Positions 1 to 12,897 of a DNA stretch of 64,000 bases are shown one piece after another. The stretch's first letter is position 1. Each line of letters starts with the position of its first letter. Position numbers and translations under genes: made by a program. The DNA is from Tubulanus polymorphus (taxonomy: Eukaryota > Animalia > Nemertea): positions 1,798,001-1,862,000 of the forward strand of contig NC_134035.1 in NCBI RefSeq assembly GCF_964204645.1. Direction: 5' to 3'. The notes under the pieces were generated by a model. That model had not been told where the DNA came from, made no database searches, and was given only the letters and a program-made list of their open reading frames with translations.

Positions 1-405
1 TAAGTCCATTTCTGTCCAGTATGAGTGAATAGTGGTAACAGTGGCAGAAGTGGAAGTATGAGATATGTCGCAGTAGCAATGATGGTAGACAGATGGATCT
101 AGGGTCAGATTCAGGGATGGGCTCACCTCCAAAATACGGCATATATGGTTAAAAGGGCACCCTGAAAGAAAGCTCAACGGAAAACATTACCTTTTATTTT
201 TGGAAATGAGAGAACTAGCTTAGGGCAAACTTACATTTTCAGGGGAGAGGCTGTGCACCCGAAGCACTCTCCCTTTGGATCTGTTCCTGTAAGAACTGGA
301 AGTGGCAATGATTTGAGAACGGACTTTCAGAGAAATGAGAACATTCTGATCAACTATGTATACTGTACATTAGTATTTCATCACTGCTCAACACGCTCTT
401 TTCAG

Positions 406-3400
406 ATAATAAGTGGATACCAATTTCCAAAACCTCGCGGGTCGGGGGCGAAAGGTGACACTACGGACCCGTACGTTACCGTGGAAATATTCGGCATTCC
501 TGCTGATTGTGCCGAGGAAAGAACCAAAACTGTACCGCACAATGGTAACTATAGATACAATAGACAATAGACTGCACCTTACTCGGTACTGGGTCAACAC
601 ATTAATCAATGCGATGAATTCATTTTGAAAAACTCATACTTGCCTGACTCTCAGTATATCTGCTCTACTCCGTGAAATATTCACAGTCCCAACTACTTAG
701 TAAGGCGCAGTTAAACTAGTAGACTCCTCCTTACTCGCTAAACAGATACAGTTGGTGAAATTTACTAAAATTAGTTTGGAAAAACTGTTAATCTCCCTGA
801 TACTGGTAAACGATGTATCTGGTCAACTAGAATATTTTGTTCAAAATTTCTGAATAAGGCACTGTTTACTGCATTTTATGCTTCAGATTCCATGCCAAAC
901 AAAGTTCTCACTTAGATTTGGCTAACGTGAGCCATACATTTGCACGCTTACGCTTTAAAATGTTATCTTGGTATTTCAGGTCATAATCCCGTGTTTGATG
1001 AAAGTTTCGAGTTCCAGATTAACTTGCCAGAGCTGGCTCTCGTGCGGTTCGCTGTTCTCGACGATGAATACATCGGAGATGAGTTTATAGGTCAACATAC
1101 AATACCATTCGAATGCATGCAAACTGGTAAATATCGATTTAAATAGCTTTAGTTAGAGCCCTTCCATTTAATTACATTGACTTCTTTTTCAAGACGAAAT
1201 CGAAGGGTAAAGGGAACAAAAGAATTTTAAGATTGGTCGTTGGTTTGATTTTCATATTTTTTCAATGTTTAAAGTTGCGCGATTGTTTCTGATTTTGCAG
1301 GTTATCGTCACGTGCGCTTGTATTCAAACACAGGAGAATTACTGGAAAACTGCACTCTATTTGTACACGTAGCAATAACCAACAAACCAGGGGGTGGGGT
1401 AAGTACGGAATGCAATCCAAATTTAATCATCAATTTAGATAATGTGGATATTTCCATCAGAATGATGAGGACTTCTGCCAGCAGCTGGTACGCCTAACAA
1501 TAGGACATGGTTAATTGAAATTTAGTGCATATTCTATTAACTTTTTTTGCTATTGATTATCAAAAAAGGACGAATCTTAAATCTAGAAATATTGTATTCT
1601 CACGATGCGTTGGAAAACATCACTTTATGAATTTAATTGTGCGTTATTGAATTTGAAAAAATAACTGACCTCACTTGCCATAAGTGGTATCCATTATGTT
1701 GTAGTTGACCACGGATATATTTGAATATGACTCGAGGTCATCGTTTTGATGACTTTCTGAAACCGTTTTCTTATGACGTATTGCAGAAAGGCAGTCGCCG
1801 TGGTTACGGACATCAAAAACGCGGGCGAAAACGTCGTGAATACACGAGCATGAAGCACATAGGGCTGAAGAGCATAGACGAAACTTTCAAAGTGAGTTGA
1901 TCCTTTCAGTGATAGAGTTTTATACCCTATATCCGCTGATGGGAAGGATGCAAGCCTATCCTTTGTGACTGACGACTTCAATTTCGAATAGTGCTTTATT
2001 AAAGAATGTGTTTTTTACTGGTATTTACCAGTTTACCAAACATTTACCGGTAAATCATGACACAGAACAGGAGAGGATCTAGGGCCTGATTTAGGGAGGG
2101 GTGCACCCCTAGAATAGAACATATCATATAATTTAAAGGGGACCGCGATAGAAAGCTCATCAGGAAATGGTAACTCATTTTTGGAAATACAGAGAAAAAG
2201 CTTACGAATTTAAACTTCTAAACCATGGCTTAAATTCATATTCCTTTAAGATTTCACAGCAACTTGACATTCTTAGGGGGCTGTTCACCCCTTGCACCAT
2301 CCCCTTCGATAGCCGGTTCAATGATCGTGCTATGTTTCAGATTCATTAGTTTCCATTAACCTATTGAAACATTTTCTGAAGCTCGTTGTAACGAGGTTCT
2401 ATTGTATGTATTTGACCGATGTTTCATCGTTGTGCGTTACGTAAGAGGAATGTTTCGTTAATTTCACAGATGGCCATTCAACCGTTACGAGATGCTGCTG
2501 ATTTACGCGACAACGTACAGGTGGCGCTCGGGTCGTTTAAAGAAGCGTGCGGTCTGGCTCCGATATCGAACATTAAACAGTGTATACGCACGCTGTCATC
2601 GAGAATTTCCACGTCCGGCGAACGAATCAATCTATTACTAACCATCAAATCAGAGGTAAGGCCATCGACCGGATACGTAGCGAATAGCGACCAAAGGGTT
2701 AACATAAGTTTTTATTAATATTTCTAGTTCTTACGCGCTTCGAATTCATCCCGTTTTTTATTTTTTTGCCTTTTTCGCATTTTTATTGATATAGTAACAT
2801 ATCGTACATGTATTTGTATATATATATCTATTGACGCTGGCGTATTCTGTAGGCGATTCCACCATTGCCGAATTCCGGCTTCGTCAACAACGGTCATTTC
2901 CTCAAACAGGCGATCGTTAGCGCGTTTCAAACGACTCTCATTCGTCCGCCGGTCATCGTTCAGGTATATAACACAACAACAAACACTTCAAACGCAAAAA
3001 CGACCAACAATCACGACGTGGCTATGTATTCTGTATCTATTTTAAATGCGAACAACTTATCGTCGCTTGCCTGAATCTCCTCCCGAGCTCGTAGATGAGA
3101 CAACGGAATATGCAAAGCCTAGCGCTCAGCGAGACATAAGATAGAAATGCTTGTGTGCCTTGCTCCGAAATGTCGAGTTCATTTTACTGAAACCAAAATA
3201 CCTCTTTCCAATTGATTCGGCCAAAAGAATTTGTTAACTACTCTCACGTCTTGTTCTGTATGCACCGTTGATGTCGCTTTTTGAAAAGTCTACTGCCCTT
3301 CGCGCGCTCCACGGCAAGTGATGATCAGTTGTGCGCCGATGTTGCTAAAGATGTGTTATGTATTATTTTTCGAGTCGATCGGTTTCACAAACGATACGTT

Positions 3401-6366
3401 CAAAAATGAACGCTTCGTCGAAATTCCACACGACGAAGAGATATCAGCGACACCTATATGTAACGAGGAAAACGAATGCGGTTGAGATCCGGTTAAAATA
3501 TAGTATATCATCATCATAATGCACGCTTTCTTGTTAACAGTTGACCCTCAATTATTCGCCATCATCAGTTTTTCCCCAGATTTTGTTTCCTTAATTATAG
3601 AGATTTAGTTCATCGTCGATTATCCTCTAAACTATTTTGAACTAGTGACTAGTGTCGAAACCAACTGTTCCCCTCTCCGTTTACGACCAATCAATTCACA
3701 GTTCTAGACCTGATCCTGCTTGTGTTTTTAACAAATTCATTTGTTGCTATTTCATTTGCTTCACTTTTTGTTAGTGCAGATGCTAATAAGTGGTGATACC
3801 AGTGGTTTTATTCAGCTAGCATGGCTACAGGTGACAAGGCTTCCTGCGCAGCAGAATGAATTCCTAATCCATCCCCAAGTCACCGTGGGCCCAAAAAATG
3901 ATCTAAAATCTAGAATATCAAAAGTGTGTTTTTCCGATCATTCTAGATAATCACGAATAACTTTAAACGCATAAATCATTGTTTTCAAAAACGGGCAACT
4001 TCGCCGAATTAATCGAACACTAGGGGGAGCCACTTTGGCTATGTTTGTTGAGCAGTTAAACTGATGTTCAGTTATCCTAGATGATCCACCATCAAGACAA
4101 TTCAGAGTTGACTGTACATGTAATTCATCGTAATTCAGTTATTTAGTTGAGAATGTATTTGTATTTATGAATGAATGGAATATGGCTTCTTGTTTCCGGC
4201 TGTTTTTCAGTTGCTGTGTTTGAGTACTTGAAGTTGAAAAATATAATGTATTGTCGATGTATATTTGGTCAAAAACTTCCCCAAATACCATGAAAAATGT
4301 CCCCAAGATTATTTTGAAAACGTTTCTGAAGATGCTGCGCTACTTAACGTTGCGATATAATGTTTTTTAAACTGTAATAATCTCCCTGCGTTATGGATAT
4401 GAACTGGTGCATGTATTAACTGCGGTAGACTCACTCCATGTGTACGTCGGTTTTAGGCAATTAAACACAAACACGTGTAAACAATGGTGAAGGTTAATAC
4501 AGCATGAATGGTAGCATTACATACATGTTATATAGGTGTTAAAACCCTTTCAGTGCTGAATAATTAATGTCCGAAAGTGCTAGAGATAATTTGAAATTTT
4601 AAAAAAATTCCCCCAGTGCGTTGAATAATGGGAATATCACTATAGTGCCTTTACACCGCATTGCGGTGTATCATTAGTAACTTATATTTAACCATGTTTG
4701 ACAGGTGCTGCCATTTTTCAATGATGATAAAAACTATTTATTAATAACATCAATACACCGCATCGCGGTGTAGTTGCACTGAAAGGGTTAATCGAATACA
4801 GCGCACCACGAGGTTTCTTTTTTATACAGGTGTACTTAATGAATTAATCATCATTTCTTGAGATAGATATGTAATAGATGCGTATTCATGGATGATCATT
4901 TGTTCTGTTTCAGTACCCGTCATTAGAGGCGCAAGGCAGCATTCCTGAAATACTAAAACGCCCGCTTATCACTTTCGACGAGGTAACAAATTATGGATAT
5001 CTTTATTGTTAGATGATAATACTTCAATAACTAGGGCTGGCCCAGGCTCTTTCTGTTAAACTAATTGGGTATTCAACCTTTTTTTAATGAATTGCCATTG
5101 ACTCTCAAATCTAGCCCCTGGATCCATCCCTGATTATGAATCTTCATGTAATCAATTATGTATTTTTAGCTTGTCGCGTCATGTAGGAATCTCATACAGA
5201 GTGCAGACTCAGTCAATCATAGGGTAAGTGTTGATTTCAGGTTTTCATGCTGAAAAACTTGTTCCGGATGCTCTAATTGTGTTCGTATAGAAAACTACAC
5301 CCAATTCTCTAGCGTCGGGACTGAGTGTAAATATCTCACTGGATACCAAGTTAGAAATGTTGGAAATTTTTGATTTTCCAAATAAATTAAAAATTAAAAA
5401 TTCCCTGACTTGAACAGTTCACCGAGTTGACCGGGACAGAGCAAGGCCAAGTCTACTATATAACCACTTAAGTCTAGATGGGAATGTAAATCATTGGTGG
5501 GCTGCACATAGAAGTTAAGTATAGTTTGTTCATCATTACAGATAATGCATTGTCAACAGGCCGGTCTAGAATGGTACGAAGAACTAGACAATCTTTGTCG
5601 TCAGGCTGGACTTAAAGGCAAAAAATTAAACAAGGTTTGTTCGTGACGTCCCCTTATTATTGTTAAATATGATTCACCAGGAGTTTCTAATCGGAAACCT
5701 GTTGCTTTATAGTTTTAAAGCCTTGATTGTATTTGCCATTTTTTTGTTCTGCAGGCGACGGAGAATTTCGCGTGGAATATTCGAGTTTTAAAAGGTCAAG
5801 CGGATCTCATTTTGCAGGCAAAACAAGAATGTCAGCAATACATGCAACAGGTAGTTACACATTTCACAGCATTTTCACACATGTATCCATTGTTTTGACC
5901 TCATTGATGGGGATGAGGATCCTACTTGCCCTCAAAGTTTTGAGTGTCCATTCATTTAGAGGCACTTTTTTCAACAAAATCTATAAATGGCAATTTCCCT
6001 ACAGCAAAGGCACATTTTTGTCTGAAGTTATAATCACAGCTGAAGAGATTGCTACCATAATTACCCTTTCTTACTAATATGCCCTAAAATATTAGGTGAG
6101 ACTCTCAGATGTTACCCCTTGATCAAACCCTGTCTAATCCAGATATTATTATACATAAATGTATGTAAAATATGATTTTAATCCAGATTTCCCATCAACA
6201 GGATTAGTTTGGTGCCAAATCATCGGAATTCTTCAATCCTTTCCTTTCAATCGTTATCCAAAATTCTCAACGAGGTCGAAATATTTTTCAGGTTCAGGAG
6301 GCGGCCGTGTCGACCGGTCTGATCAAAGAATCGAAAACCCATCACCAACTCGAAACGGGTATTTGA
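406..6366 (+). CDS. PLCL2: Inactive phospholipase C-like protein (PLCL1/2, PRIP), C2 domain and C-terminal region; 5' part lies upstream of the window
   Basis: GT-AG exons with consistent phases: 406-544, 980-1126, 1301-1398, 1787-1891, 2470-2655, 4914-4982, 5170-5223, 5542-5634, 5755-5850, 6292-6366 (TGA). Peptides [89 protein letters not shown] match PLCL-family sequences as recalled. PLCL1 versus PLCL2 cannot be resolved; probably a single invertebrate ortholog. Confidence 0.93.
2853..2963 (+). other. Candidate alternative PLCL exon (111 nt cassette, or alternative last exon reading on to TGA at 3074)
   Basis: Branch-like CTATTGAC, TTCTGTAG acceptor, phase 0 in frame with the upstream exon, CAG|GTATAT donor; encodes [37 protein letters not shown]. 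Confidence 0.5.
4545..4787. mobile_element. piggyBac-type MITE, copy 1
   Basis: TIR CCCTTTCAGTGC...GCACTGAAAGGG, TTAA on the right flank; homologous to 7237-7499 and 8136-8414. Confidence 0.8.
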
Positions 6367-7236
6367 TCTAGTCACGCCACCTAGTAGCAGTGGTGGTCAT
6401 AACTAACGGTATATCCCGCGCGCACTACTCGTGATCTGAGGATGAACGGGTGAAAACCTAGTTGCGGGTTGCACGACGTGCGAACGCAAGCTCGAACTGG
6501 CCGTGGGTATTATTAGGACATGAATAGGTGTCACTGGAACATGATTCAATTCTTCATCTCGCAAAATGTTACGAATTGGGGCGAAGCTGAAGTCATTCGT
6601 AACGCGGTTCTAGGCGTGCTGGCTGCGCGCAAAATAGCCTAAAACTTTCTGTTCGAATATTTGTATATAATAAGCAGTTATAGAAATGAACTGATTACAA
6701 AATTTATTGCCGTTTGCGAAAGTGAACCGGCCGATTAGGAGAAACAAGGTATTTTATTTAAGTGTAACCAGTTACACCGCTGCGAGTTAGGGTAATTCTG
6801 AGTTTAAAGTAGTTCTCATTTTCAATGAGTAAGTAATAACTACAAGTTTATTATATACTAACTTTGAGGATCTGTCACATTTTGTGTTCGCCAACCTGCA
6901 ATATGGTGTAATCAATTCAAGAAGACCTCTGTAATCATGGATAGATTCGTCATCCATCATGCACGCGTATTTAATCGATCGTGGGTCAATACGAATGAAG
7001 CAGACGGAGACAGAGAAACATCTGTGAAATTAAAGAGAAAACGGTTTTCATCTCGTAGAATACGGTATCTGTGATTCCGTTTCGGTGAACTGTGAATACC
7101 GCGTTCGCTCTGGAAAAATTGTGTCCTTTCGCATTTTAACAGCGTTAACATTCACATACAGCACACTCTCTCAGTTCTTATTTATTGTGCTGTAGCGCGA
7201 TTCGAAGCCACAGGGTTGTGGTATCGCGGCTTATAA

Positions 7237-7499
7237 CCCTTTCAGTGCAGACTACCCCAAAGTGGTGGAGATAGTTTGAAATAGTTGAAAAATTCCACCC
7301 CAGTGCGTTGAATAACAAGCATTCCGCTATAGCGTCTACACCGTGGTGCGGTGTATCGTTAGTTACCATAAATATTTCAACATGTTTGAACGGCGCTGCC
7401 ATTTTTCATTAGAGGAAGAAACTAATTACCAATTGCATTAATACACTGCAATGCGATGTACTAGCAAAGTCCATCACTGAGTTATACGCACAGAAAGGG
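7237..7499. mobile_element. piggyBac-type MITE, copy 2
   Basis: CCCTTTCAGTGC...GCACAGAAAGGG, flanks ATAA/TTAA. Confidence 0.8.
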
Positions 7500-7960
7500 T
7501 TAACCAGTTTCTATCACGAGTGTGTGTTGAACGCATTATTGTTACTAGTCTTTTGATATATATTATTTATACGTAGATTTTAAATATTTCTCTTACGACG
7601 GGAGGAATTTTGTTTTTTTTTTTTTTGTGATATCGTCGACGTTTATTGACTTACTGTTTATTGCATTGAAATATTTAGCGGAGCAAATTCATCGCAGGTA
7701 TCAATATATTTACTTAAACATCTACAGAGTACTGAGTTAGAGCAGAACTGGTTTTCCTTTATTTCTCCTAGATGCAACAAAAATTAGTAGACTCCGCTTT
7801 TCTTAGTAAAATTCATGCAGAAAATTCTTCCATATATAGAAACCTTTTTGGTCTCGGTCGAAAGTCAAACTTCATGAAATATCTATATTCCCAATAGTTA
7901 ACTATATCGAGGCGCAGATGATAATCGCGCCGGTTTTTTGGTGCCGAAAATGTAATTGAG

Positions 7961-8433
7961 GTAGACTCCGCTCGAATCGAACGTTTTGGTAACTTTCGGA
8001 AAATTTTTGTACGACCTCAGTGCCATATCCAAGTTGAACGATGGTTAATTGTTCACGAAATATAAGGTCGGAAAAATATTTCGAAAATCATTCGAGTTAA
8101 CGCGGCGATCTCCGAGTCGATCGGATCTGACTTAACCCTTTCAGTGCTGACTAATTAATACCCTATAGTGCTGGAGATAATTGGAATTCTTTTTTAAATT
8201 CCACCCTTGTGTGTTGAATAACGGGAATACCACTATAGTGCGTCTACACTGTGGTGCGGTGTATCGTTAGTTACTAGTATTTCACTATGTTTGACAGGTG
8301 CTGCCATTTTTAAAGAGATAATTACTAATTACATCAATACACCGCAGTGCGATGTACTAGCAAAATCAATCACTGATTTATACACCGCACTGTGGTGTAG
8401 ACGCACTGAAAGGGTTAACCGCGGAGTCTACTG
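7961..8433. mobile_element. Tc1/mariner-like MITE (host of piggyBac MITE copy 3)
   Basis: Inverted termini GTAGACTCCGC ... GCGGAGTCTAC(TG). Confidence 0.6.
8136..8414. mobile_element. piggyBac-type MITE, copy 3, nested in another MITE
   Basis: Perfect TTAA TSD (8132-8135, 8415-8418) and CCCTTTCAGTGC TIRs. Confidence 0.85.
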
Positions 8434-9320
8434 TTTTTATCTTTACATTCTTTAAAACTTAAATATTGTAACAGTTTTTGGTGCTCGATAATTTCACAAA
8501 TCTTACATCGCATCGTATTCTATATGCGTGTATATTTATTCATCTTCTGAGAATATTTTTTTAAATCATTTTACGTAATGATTAAATCTACCGACAGAAA
8601 ATCAAGTCACACGTTCGTGAGCGCAGCTTTTATCATCTGTTTATTATGAAAAAAATCTTTAATCGTTATATTATCATTGAATTAATCGTTAATCGGTAAG
8701 GTGTTTTAATTGATATAAATTTTAACTTATTTTCTGTGTAAGATATTTAAAGCTTTTTAAGTGGTCATTCATTAATGTAAATTAGCAAAATTTTGCTAAT
8801 CATCAACCAGCCTCATCCTATTTACGCAATTTTAAGCATCATGTTATGGGGAGTGGGGGGAGGAGCCGCTCGGATACGGTTACCTACTTTACGAACGGCC
8901 CCCAACACATCTTTTACTAGATAATCTTTTAAAAAAATGATCGGTGTAATATGTTTTATTTCAATATTTATTTGTGTAAGACTGGGTGCTTTAACTGTTT
9001 TATGCTTTTTACTCATCAAAAGGTTGTGATTATTTAAAGCCGCAAGCCAGAGTAGGTGTATGTACAAATTCACAGATGAAATGGCTTTTTGTTTTAACGT
9101 TTATACGGTGTATTCGTCGTCCCCTTTTTGTTGGCGCTTTCTCCGAGAGGGTCGCGAGAACCTTCGAGAGTTTTTTTTAGAAGAAAATATGAATATATAT
9201 TTATTTGCTTTGACTATCATATGTTAGAGAAAGTCTTCAGAGTCAAACTGATTATTATAGGCAGCTAGATTTGTACAATACATTCGTATGTTTATGTATT
9301 TATAGTCTTGCACCCGGTTC

Positions 9321-9431
9321 GGGGCCGGTTTTATAGACTGCTGTTACCTTTAACCCGGGGGGCTAACTCAATTCATTTTCAATTAAGTTAGCCCCCGGGT
9401 TAAAGGTAATACCCGTCTATAAAACCGGGCC
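9321..9431. mobile_element. Short fold-back MITE (family GGGCCCGGTTTTATAGAC); further copies at ~12257-12366 and ~63255-63387
   Basis: Near-perfect palindrome GGCCGGTTTTATAGAC..TTAACCCGGGGGCTAACT..AGTTAGCCCCCGGGTTAA..GTCTATAAAACCGGGCC. Confidence 0.75.
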
Positions 9432-11884
9432 TTGGTTTTTTAAGTATCGGCAATTAACTAATTAACAGAGGCACCACTAGGATTTTTAAAGGGGGTCAGA
9501 ATTGATACAGGCAGAACTATATTCGCCATACTTCGCAGCGTATCTGCCGAACGCAGAAGAACGTTTCTGAATCCTTGAAATCGCTTGAATGGTCGGAAAT
9601 AGTGTCAAAGCTTGAGAGGGGCGTTTTCTGGACCGTTAACAGCAAAATATTTATGAAATCTCCGGAATGTGAAAGAATATAATTCTGGAACTTAAAAAAA
9701 CCTCTGATCCCCTTCTGGTGTCGCCCATGCTTATCATGACTGAAATCAAACAACTGTGGAACTGAGTCGTCGTGTATCACATTTATTCTGATTTATAGGT
9801 GTTTCAAAGATCACGTTCTTGGTACTTGCTTGCGCTCATTCGCGCTTGAAATGCGATTCTATTGCTGATATATTGTTTATCGTGAGGATTATTTATTATT
9901 CGTAAATTTGTCAGGATTTCTAGCGCCCCCCAAATGATAACGAGATGACTCGGTAAATGAATGTGCGATACGTTCATGATGGGTTTGTTTGTTTTTTTTG
10001 CTTTAAGTCGAATTAACTCACAAATCGTGGAACTGGGTCCAGAAGACTGAGTCGAATATCTCAGCCAATAATCGAGGACCCCTATTGAGAAAAAATGTTT
10101 CAAATGTCCTACTGCAGTTCATTCACTGATGACCGATCACTGACTGCGACTGCCCTGGAACTATTCACTGGATAAAACGTACCAGTCAAGCTTACTATAC
10201 CGAGTTTGACTGATCCTAGGCCGTTACGCTGTAGTACAGTTACTATAAAGATGAAAGTTCTACTGTTTGAAAATGAAATGTTTAGACGATGTTTTGGGCA
10301 TTGATGAATGATATTGTCCTTTTGTTGAATTTATGAATAATATTGATTATTATGATGATTGTGGACTGTTGAAATTTCATCCTCACCTCAAATAGGGCTA
10401 TAGTATATATGTCCGTGCGTGTACATTGTAAATATGAATTTCATCGTTTTTTTGAATTGCTGTGATCCGCACTTGTCCGAACGGCGAGTTGCTCGTTTTT
10501 AGACTTCTGATGGCTGTTAACTGGGCGTGAAATACATTCGACTGTTATGTATTTCTGTATATAAAGTGATGTATTTAAAATAGCAGTGATAGTTTTAGTA
10601 TTCCGCAGGTCGCCAACACATCATTCTCCGGAAATGTCAACTCCGACGAAACTGTTTAATTTTGGAAAAGATTTCTACAAGAAATGGCTTCTTATCGGCT
10701 AATTTTGAGAAATGTTGTTTACTAATTCGCGATCGCCTGACCCGGCTCAAGTTTAGCGTGTGCCTGATTAGACCCAGGCCAATTGTTCACACTAGTACCA
10801 AATGGTACCGTGCCTGGTTGACCAAATTTGGCCCAAGCAAAAATGGCCAGGTTGGTGCTAAATCTAAGTGAGGGTCAGATTATTCTTTGTTATCAGTTCT
10901 GGAAGTGACTTGCCTCGTGTTAATGCTCTCAAATTTTGCCTAATTTTCTGCCAGTGATGGAGGTTGTACAAACGACCACAGACTCTAAAACAACGACAGT
11001 CAGTCACACGGATATCACTTGGGCTTTGGCCCTGGCCAAACACAGGCACCTGTGTGAACGGTTAGCCCGGGCCTAATCTAGCATGGGTCAAACGCTAGAG
11101 TGATCGTGGCTCATCAATAGTCCTAACTAGACCGTACTTTAATAAGTTGGGACACTAGATTCTACACGAAATGGTTTCTTAGGCTCGGAGTGTGTACAAT
11201 AAGGAGTTGCATGTGTGGCAGCTGTGCTGTAGAATTTTCACAATTCTATGTGTATATAATAATAATAATAATAATAATATTAATGATAATAATATTTCAT
11301 CGTCTTCTAAGCTGGAGAAACGTATTCACGTATAGAAATAATGGAAACATCATGTAAGATATAACGATAACTATTAATGATGTCACTTGTTCAATCTACG
11401 TTCAACCAGTAGTAATTCAATATAAATGGTACATTGTTTATATGTAGATATCTAATCTCAAATCCATGAATGAATAGTATATGGAAAAAAAACTTTTTTT
11501 GTTGGTGTTACGAAAACTTATAATTTTACTCAATCCAGATATTTAAATAATAAAAATGACTGGTCTTTTAATCGTCGTCTTCGTGCGTCTTTTCTTTCGA
11601 ATGTCACCTGTAGAACTAGGTGCATCACTATCACTGCGGTTACACGATCAAGCCCTTTGAGCCGGTATAAACCTGTTAAGTTTGCGCTACAGCGCGTGTA
11701 TTCCGCTACGCCAGTTTTCTAGTTGAGGGAACATTTCGATCTTAAAATCCGGATTGACCGTGTTAGTTATTCAATTGGTAGATTTCGTTTGATTTAGGGT
11801 CCCTTACAAGCCCACCACACCCGCCTAATTCAATACATCGAGGTTTTGGAAATAACTTCATTACAAGGTTGAAGATCATTTCGT

Positions 11885-12204
11885 TTACGTTATGTGGTCG
11901 TTTTCCACTTGTATTGACACGTCCTTGAGTTTATTGTGATTCATTTCTCGGGTCGATGTTGATGTAGCTGTAAGTCCTCTAATTTGACGATCCCCGACCC
12001 GCGTGTCGACTAGATTAGAAAATAAGCACATTTCGAAACGCAAATCATCCAGATGAGAGTTCGGTCCTGGTATGCGAAGTGAAGCGGGCAGCTCATTAAC
12101 ATAAACATCTTTCGCAGTTACAACTTTGACGCTATCGATATCCTTCGGTTTGAACTTCCCTAGCTCTATCCCAGTAATGTAACGTGACGGTAATTTTTGT
12201 CTAA
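11885..12204 (-). other. Candidate terminal coding exon of an unidentified gene or pseudogene (about 106 codons, no initiating ATG)
   Basis: Stop-free frame 12208 to 11888 ending TAA (11885-11887), opening at a possible AACAAG acceptor; CpG-rich codons like the real exons here: RQKLPSRYITGIELGKFKPKDIDSVKVVTAKDVYVNELPASLRIPG... Confidence 0.4.
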
Positions 12205-12897
12205 CTTGTTATTGAATTAATGCAAACGAATACGTATATATATTTATCAATTTTTAGGGCCTGTTTTATAGACTGGCATTAACTTCAACCCGGGGGTTAA
12301 CTCAGTTGCAAATGAATTGAGTTAGCCCCCGGGTTAAAGATGATACCACTCAATAAAACTCGCCCCTCGAGGTCAGAAAACATACAGTCGTTTTTTTTAT
12401 ATGTTCAGTCGCCGCTTATACGATATTAAAATTACGTCGCCTGATTAACAAATATCTACGAGCCAAATCTATTAGGTTTTTCACTGAACCATAAAAGGAC
12501 AAAATGTTTAGCTTATAAACGAGAAATTAGCTTTTTTTCTGAATTCACAGATGTGGAATGTAATTGCATAAAATCATAAACCATCGCTCGTATCTGGATG
12601 ACATTGACTCCGGAGCTGCCAAGATAAGTTTTTGAAACGGGAATTCGCTACTCGACTATTAAAGACAATTTGGAATTCTCGAATTCATCGTTCACATCTG
12701 GATAAACTACAGCAACCAGTGTTAGAACTAATGATATCGTAGAATGGATTCTCGATTTCTGACGATGGCTAAGAAATCTGTTAGGAATAAACTGGTGTAT
12801 TAGACGAGAAGATACACAATATCCGTGTATGATGATGACGAGAGAAATCCCAGTAGCCAAGATTGAAAAATTCTATATCAGAATGATTGTATTTGAG

